Source of the DNA: the human T2T-CHM13v2.0 reference genome, Homo sapiens
DNA: 64,000 nucleotides
Direction: 5' to 3' (one strand)
NCBI RefSeq assembly: GCF_009914755.1
Contig: NC_060947.1
Positions within the stretch are counted from its first letter, which is position 1. Each line of letters starts with the position of its first letter. Positions 59,576-64,000 of this stretch are shown here, piece by piece. Below the pieces are notes generated by a model. That model had not been told where the DNA came from. It did no database searches and saw only the letters and a list, made by a program, of their open reading frames with translations. The translations under genes and the position numbers were made by a program.

Positions 59576-60964
59576 GATTTCCTCAAGTGTTTTACAGTTA
59601 ATTATGCAGAAATTCGATAAGATATTTTCTATATAGCTACAGGGGTAGGTATTGTATCAGTGGGTGGAAGCTATATGGAAACATGTTTGACTGACAGTAA
59701 TAACTTTCTTACACGTAGAGTCATCTTAATAAGAAAGGAATAGATATTTGCCCATGTTAATGGTTGTTTAGGTAATATAAAGCAACCGCTCTCTTGACTA
59801 AGACTAGAAAAGATGTCCATAATGTTATAAAACAACTAATTAGAAACAATAGAGAGCCAGAAAAAAATATGGTAAATAACTATGGGACTAAGATCTGGGA
59901 AAAGATGGAAACTCATGGGTATGAATCCAGTATTTAGGAAAGCTATTTCTTAAGAGGAACCTGCTGGCTCTGGAAGATGCTTTAAGTGACAGTGGAAATA
60001 CAATAGGTCTTGAGAATCATACAAGGCTAAAAGACAAAAATTGAAGTTAAATCCTGTTAAGGAGGGAGCACTCTGATCAAATTTTCATCCTTTGGAATGG
60101 GAAACTAAAGAGCTACATTCTAACAATAAAAGGACACTGGAAATGTCTTTCCTCTCAGTAGTGGCAGCACAGTATCAACTTATCTCTACACTTATAACTG
60201 AATTTAGGTAATTGGAGGTTAGAATCAAAAGCCAATTTCTTCAGAGGAAAAAAACATTTTGTCCTGAAATTAGTGTTATTATTGCTTTCCACATAAAATA
60301 GCCTAAACTAAATAAAAAGTAATCAGTGAAATAATGAAACAAGAAAACAACATTAGCTAGAAACAAAAGAAAATGTTAGACATTAGAGATGCATAGGAGT
60401 AAAAGTAATTGTATTATAAGACATGGACTTAAACTACACTTAATTTTTCAAATATATAAAGGAAAATATGAAAACATTAAGTTGCAAATGTGCAAGCATG
60501 AAAATATAGTTGAAAAGAAATCTAGAACTGAAGTACAACAGAAATTAACAACTCAGTGGATGTTTTAAGCTTATACTATACACAAGAGGAGACATATTTA
60601 GTGAAATCGAAGATAAGTAAGAAAACTGGACATAATAAGGCACAGAGGAACAAATAAGGTTAGAGACAGAGTAGATATAGCAAAAAGGTCTAATATATGT
60701 GTATTTCAAATTCCAGCAGAATAGAAGAAATGGAACAAAAGCAAAAATTTTAAAGGCAATGACTGAGAATTAGCCAAAACAGATGTCTGAAATGATTCAG
60801 ATTCAAAAGAACCTATGCAACACAAGTAGGAAAAAAAAACAAAAGAAAATACACCTAGGCATTTCAGAGTCAAAATAAATTCAGAGTAAAACAAAAGACA
60901 AAGAGAAAATCTACAAATCATTCAAAAATATTAATTGCAAAGAAGAAATAATTAGGGTTCCATC

Positions 60965-61770
60965 TGTCTTATGGAAAACAGTATGACGCTTCCTCAAAAA
61001 AGTAAATATAGAATGACCACATAATCTAGCTATCCCACTGCAGGGTATTTATCCAAAAGAAAAGAAATCAGTATATCAAAAAGATACCTGCACCCCATGT
61101 TTATTGCAGCAATATTCACAATAGCAAATATATGGAATTAGGATAAATTTCCACCAATAGAGAAATGGATAAAGAAAATATAGGGCATATATACACAACT
61201 AAATATTATATGGCCATAAAACATAAAGAAATCATGTCATTTGCATGTATGGAACTAAAGGCTATTATGCAAATCATAACTAAAGGCTATTATGCAAATC
61301 ATGTCATTTGCATGTATGGAACTAAAGGCTATTATGTTAGGTGAAATAAGCCAGGCACAGAAAGACAAATATCACATGTTCTCACTTATATGTGGGAGCT
61401 TAAAAAGTTAATCTCATGGTGGTATGGAGTAGAATGATAGATATCAGAGGCTGGGAAAGGTAGGCGGGTGAGAGTGGGGAGCTGAGAAAGGTTGCTTAGT
61501 GGGTACGAATATGCATTTTGTAGAAATAAAATGTAGCATTTGGTAGCAAAATAGGATGTGACTATATTTAACAATAATTTATTATATATTTCAAAATAAA
61601 TAGAGGAGTGGATTCAGAATGTCCCAGCAGAAATAAACAATAAATGTTTGAGGTGATGGATATCCCAATTACTCTGATTTGATAATTTCAAACTGTATGC
61701 TCATATCAAAATATCACATGTATTTCATAAATATGTACAACGATTATGTACCATAAAAGTTATATAAAAT
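60965..61770 (+). mobile_element. L1MA (MA2-4-like) 3' end
   Basis: ATCCAAAAGAAAAGAAATCAGTATATC..AAGCCAGGCACAGAAAGACAAATATCACATGTTCTCAC..TGAGGTGATGGATATCCC..CATAAATATGTACAA. Confidence 0.85.
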
Positions 61771-63507
61771 TAAAAGGGAGCTAGAAGATAATGTAATGAT
61801 ATATTCAGGGTGTTGAAAGAAAATGAATTCTGACCTAGCATACTATACTCAGCAAAAAAATCCCTCATCATTGAAGGTAAAATAGAAAAACTTTCACATA
61901 AGCAAAAACTAAAATAGTCATCATCAGATTCCAGTAAATATGAAAGCACATTCACATTCTTCAGACATAAGGAAAATTATCTCTGATAGTATGTCAGAGA
62001 TTCAGAAAGCAAAAATAGTAAATAGATGAAATTTTTAAAACAATCAAAACATTAAAATCATAAAAGTATGATCTGAACAGAGTGGCATTAAGCTATAAAT
62101 CAACAAAGAGCACTAAAAAAAGTCTCTATGTTTGGAAAGTAACTCACATATAAAAACAAAAATTAAGAATAGTAACTAAAATCTCTTGTAAATTAAATGA
62201 AAATGTAGCAAAAGTAGGGGATGCAAATAAACCAATGTTGGAAATTAAGATAATTATCATAACAAATGCATATATTAGAAAAAAAGACTAAAAAGCAATG
62301 AATTTTTATCCTATAACCTAAATAACAACAACAAAAAAACCCGCCATAATGACCCTGTGCTAGGAATTTTTTTTAATGAACACAAATTTTAGTAAAAAAG
62401 TATAGTCAAGCGACATTAAAATTCAGCGTTTTACTTATTAAAATACATAAAAAGAGGGAAAACAAAAGCCCCAGGCTGGAAAAATATATTTGCCACACAT
62501 ATAATTTACAAAGGGCTCATATGGAAAATATATAACAAACTTCTACAATTAATATGGAAAAAGCTGACAACCTGAGAGAAAAATACAAAGATGTTTTAAC
62601 AGGCATTGGAAAGAAAAGAATCTCTAAAGGACTAAAATATACATTAAAAATGCCTATTCTCAGTAATAATTTGAAAATGAAAATTAAAACCATAAGAAGA
62701 TTCAATACCTCACATATCAGAAATGCTAAAATAAAAATAAGATGGGGAATAACATTTTTTTGGCAGGAATGTGAAGATACTGAACTCTCATGTACTGCTG
62801 ATGAAACTTGAATGAAACAAATAGTATCTACAAAAGCTGAATATGATCTAGCAAATTCACTTTCAGGTATATGCCTAACAGAAATGGGAGCAAATGTGTA
62901 CCAAAGACATATACAATAATTTTCATCACAATATTGTTAGTTGAAAGTTGAAAATACAATTTCTATCAAAAGAATCAATATATAAATCATAGTACATTCA
63001 TAAAATATAATATGATAAAGAAAATGAAGCTTACGCACATATATACAGCATGAATGAAGCCCACAAACAAAATAATGAGGGAAAGTAACTGAGCTAAATG
63101 AACACCATGGTTATGAATCTGTTATTTACATTTAATTAACTGGAAAATTTTAACTATGAAATTAAAAGTTAGGATATTGGTTTATTTTAAACAAAAAGCA
63201 GTGAGGAGTGATTAGGAGGGAATCCAAATGATACTCTGAAGGGCTAGTGGACTTCATAGTGTTGTAACAGGTGGGTTTACTTTATAATAATTAATTGAGA
63301 TGTAAACTTATAATTTGTGCACTATTGTTGATATTATACTTTAGTACAATGTTTTTCAAGTTTAATGACAAAGCTAAAGTGATACTCAGAGAGAAATATG
63401 AAATGTTGGATAAACATGTAAAAATATGAATAGCTGAAAAATAAATGAGGTAAACATTCAAATCAGAAATAAAATTAACAGCACATTGAACTTAAAAAAT
63501 AAGAACA

Positions 63508-63863
<356 letters not shown>

Positions 63864-64000
63864 TTACTGAGTACCAACAAAGACAAAACTAAGCTATTGA
63901 AAGGTCTAATAAAATTGATAATATCTTGGTGAGCCTGATCAAGTACAAGAGCAAGAAGAAATTAAAAAAAAAAAACAGAACATCACTAAAAATTGTCAAA

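Overview
This is primate (very probably human) AT-rich, repeat-saturated DNA, with no recognisable host protein-coding gene, RNA gene or CRISPR array. Roughly three quarters of the window is interspersed repeat. Contents: a decayed ERVL-class provirus interior (1-5 kb); two full-length but disabled L1PA elements (11.1-17.4 kb and 32.4-38.6 kb); a full-length L1PB (40.7-48.7 kb); many older L1M fragments; MaLR solo LTRs (MLT1, THE1); two LTR30-like ERV1 solo LTRs; a partial Hsmar2 mariner; several Alus; MIR/L2 remnants; and microsatellites. The long ORFs in the track are L1 ORF1/ORF2 remnants or simple-repeat artefacts. I found no new protein-coding system. The observations most worth checking are structural: twin same-family LTRs 2.25 kb apart inside one L1PB; a full-length L1PA with mismatched flanks and a possibly chimeric subfamily signature; a tail-less, TSD-less internal L1PB insertion; an orphan poly(T)-headed unique insert in an Alu; templated-duplication scars; and a palindrome-rich candidate enhancer. 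Subfamily names come from recalled consensus sequences, not from a database search.
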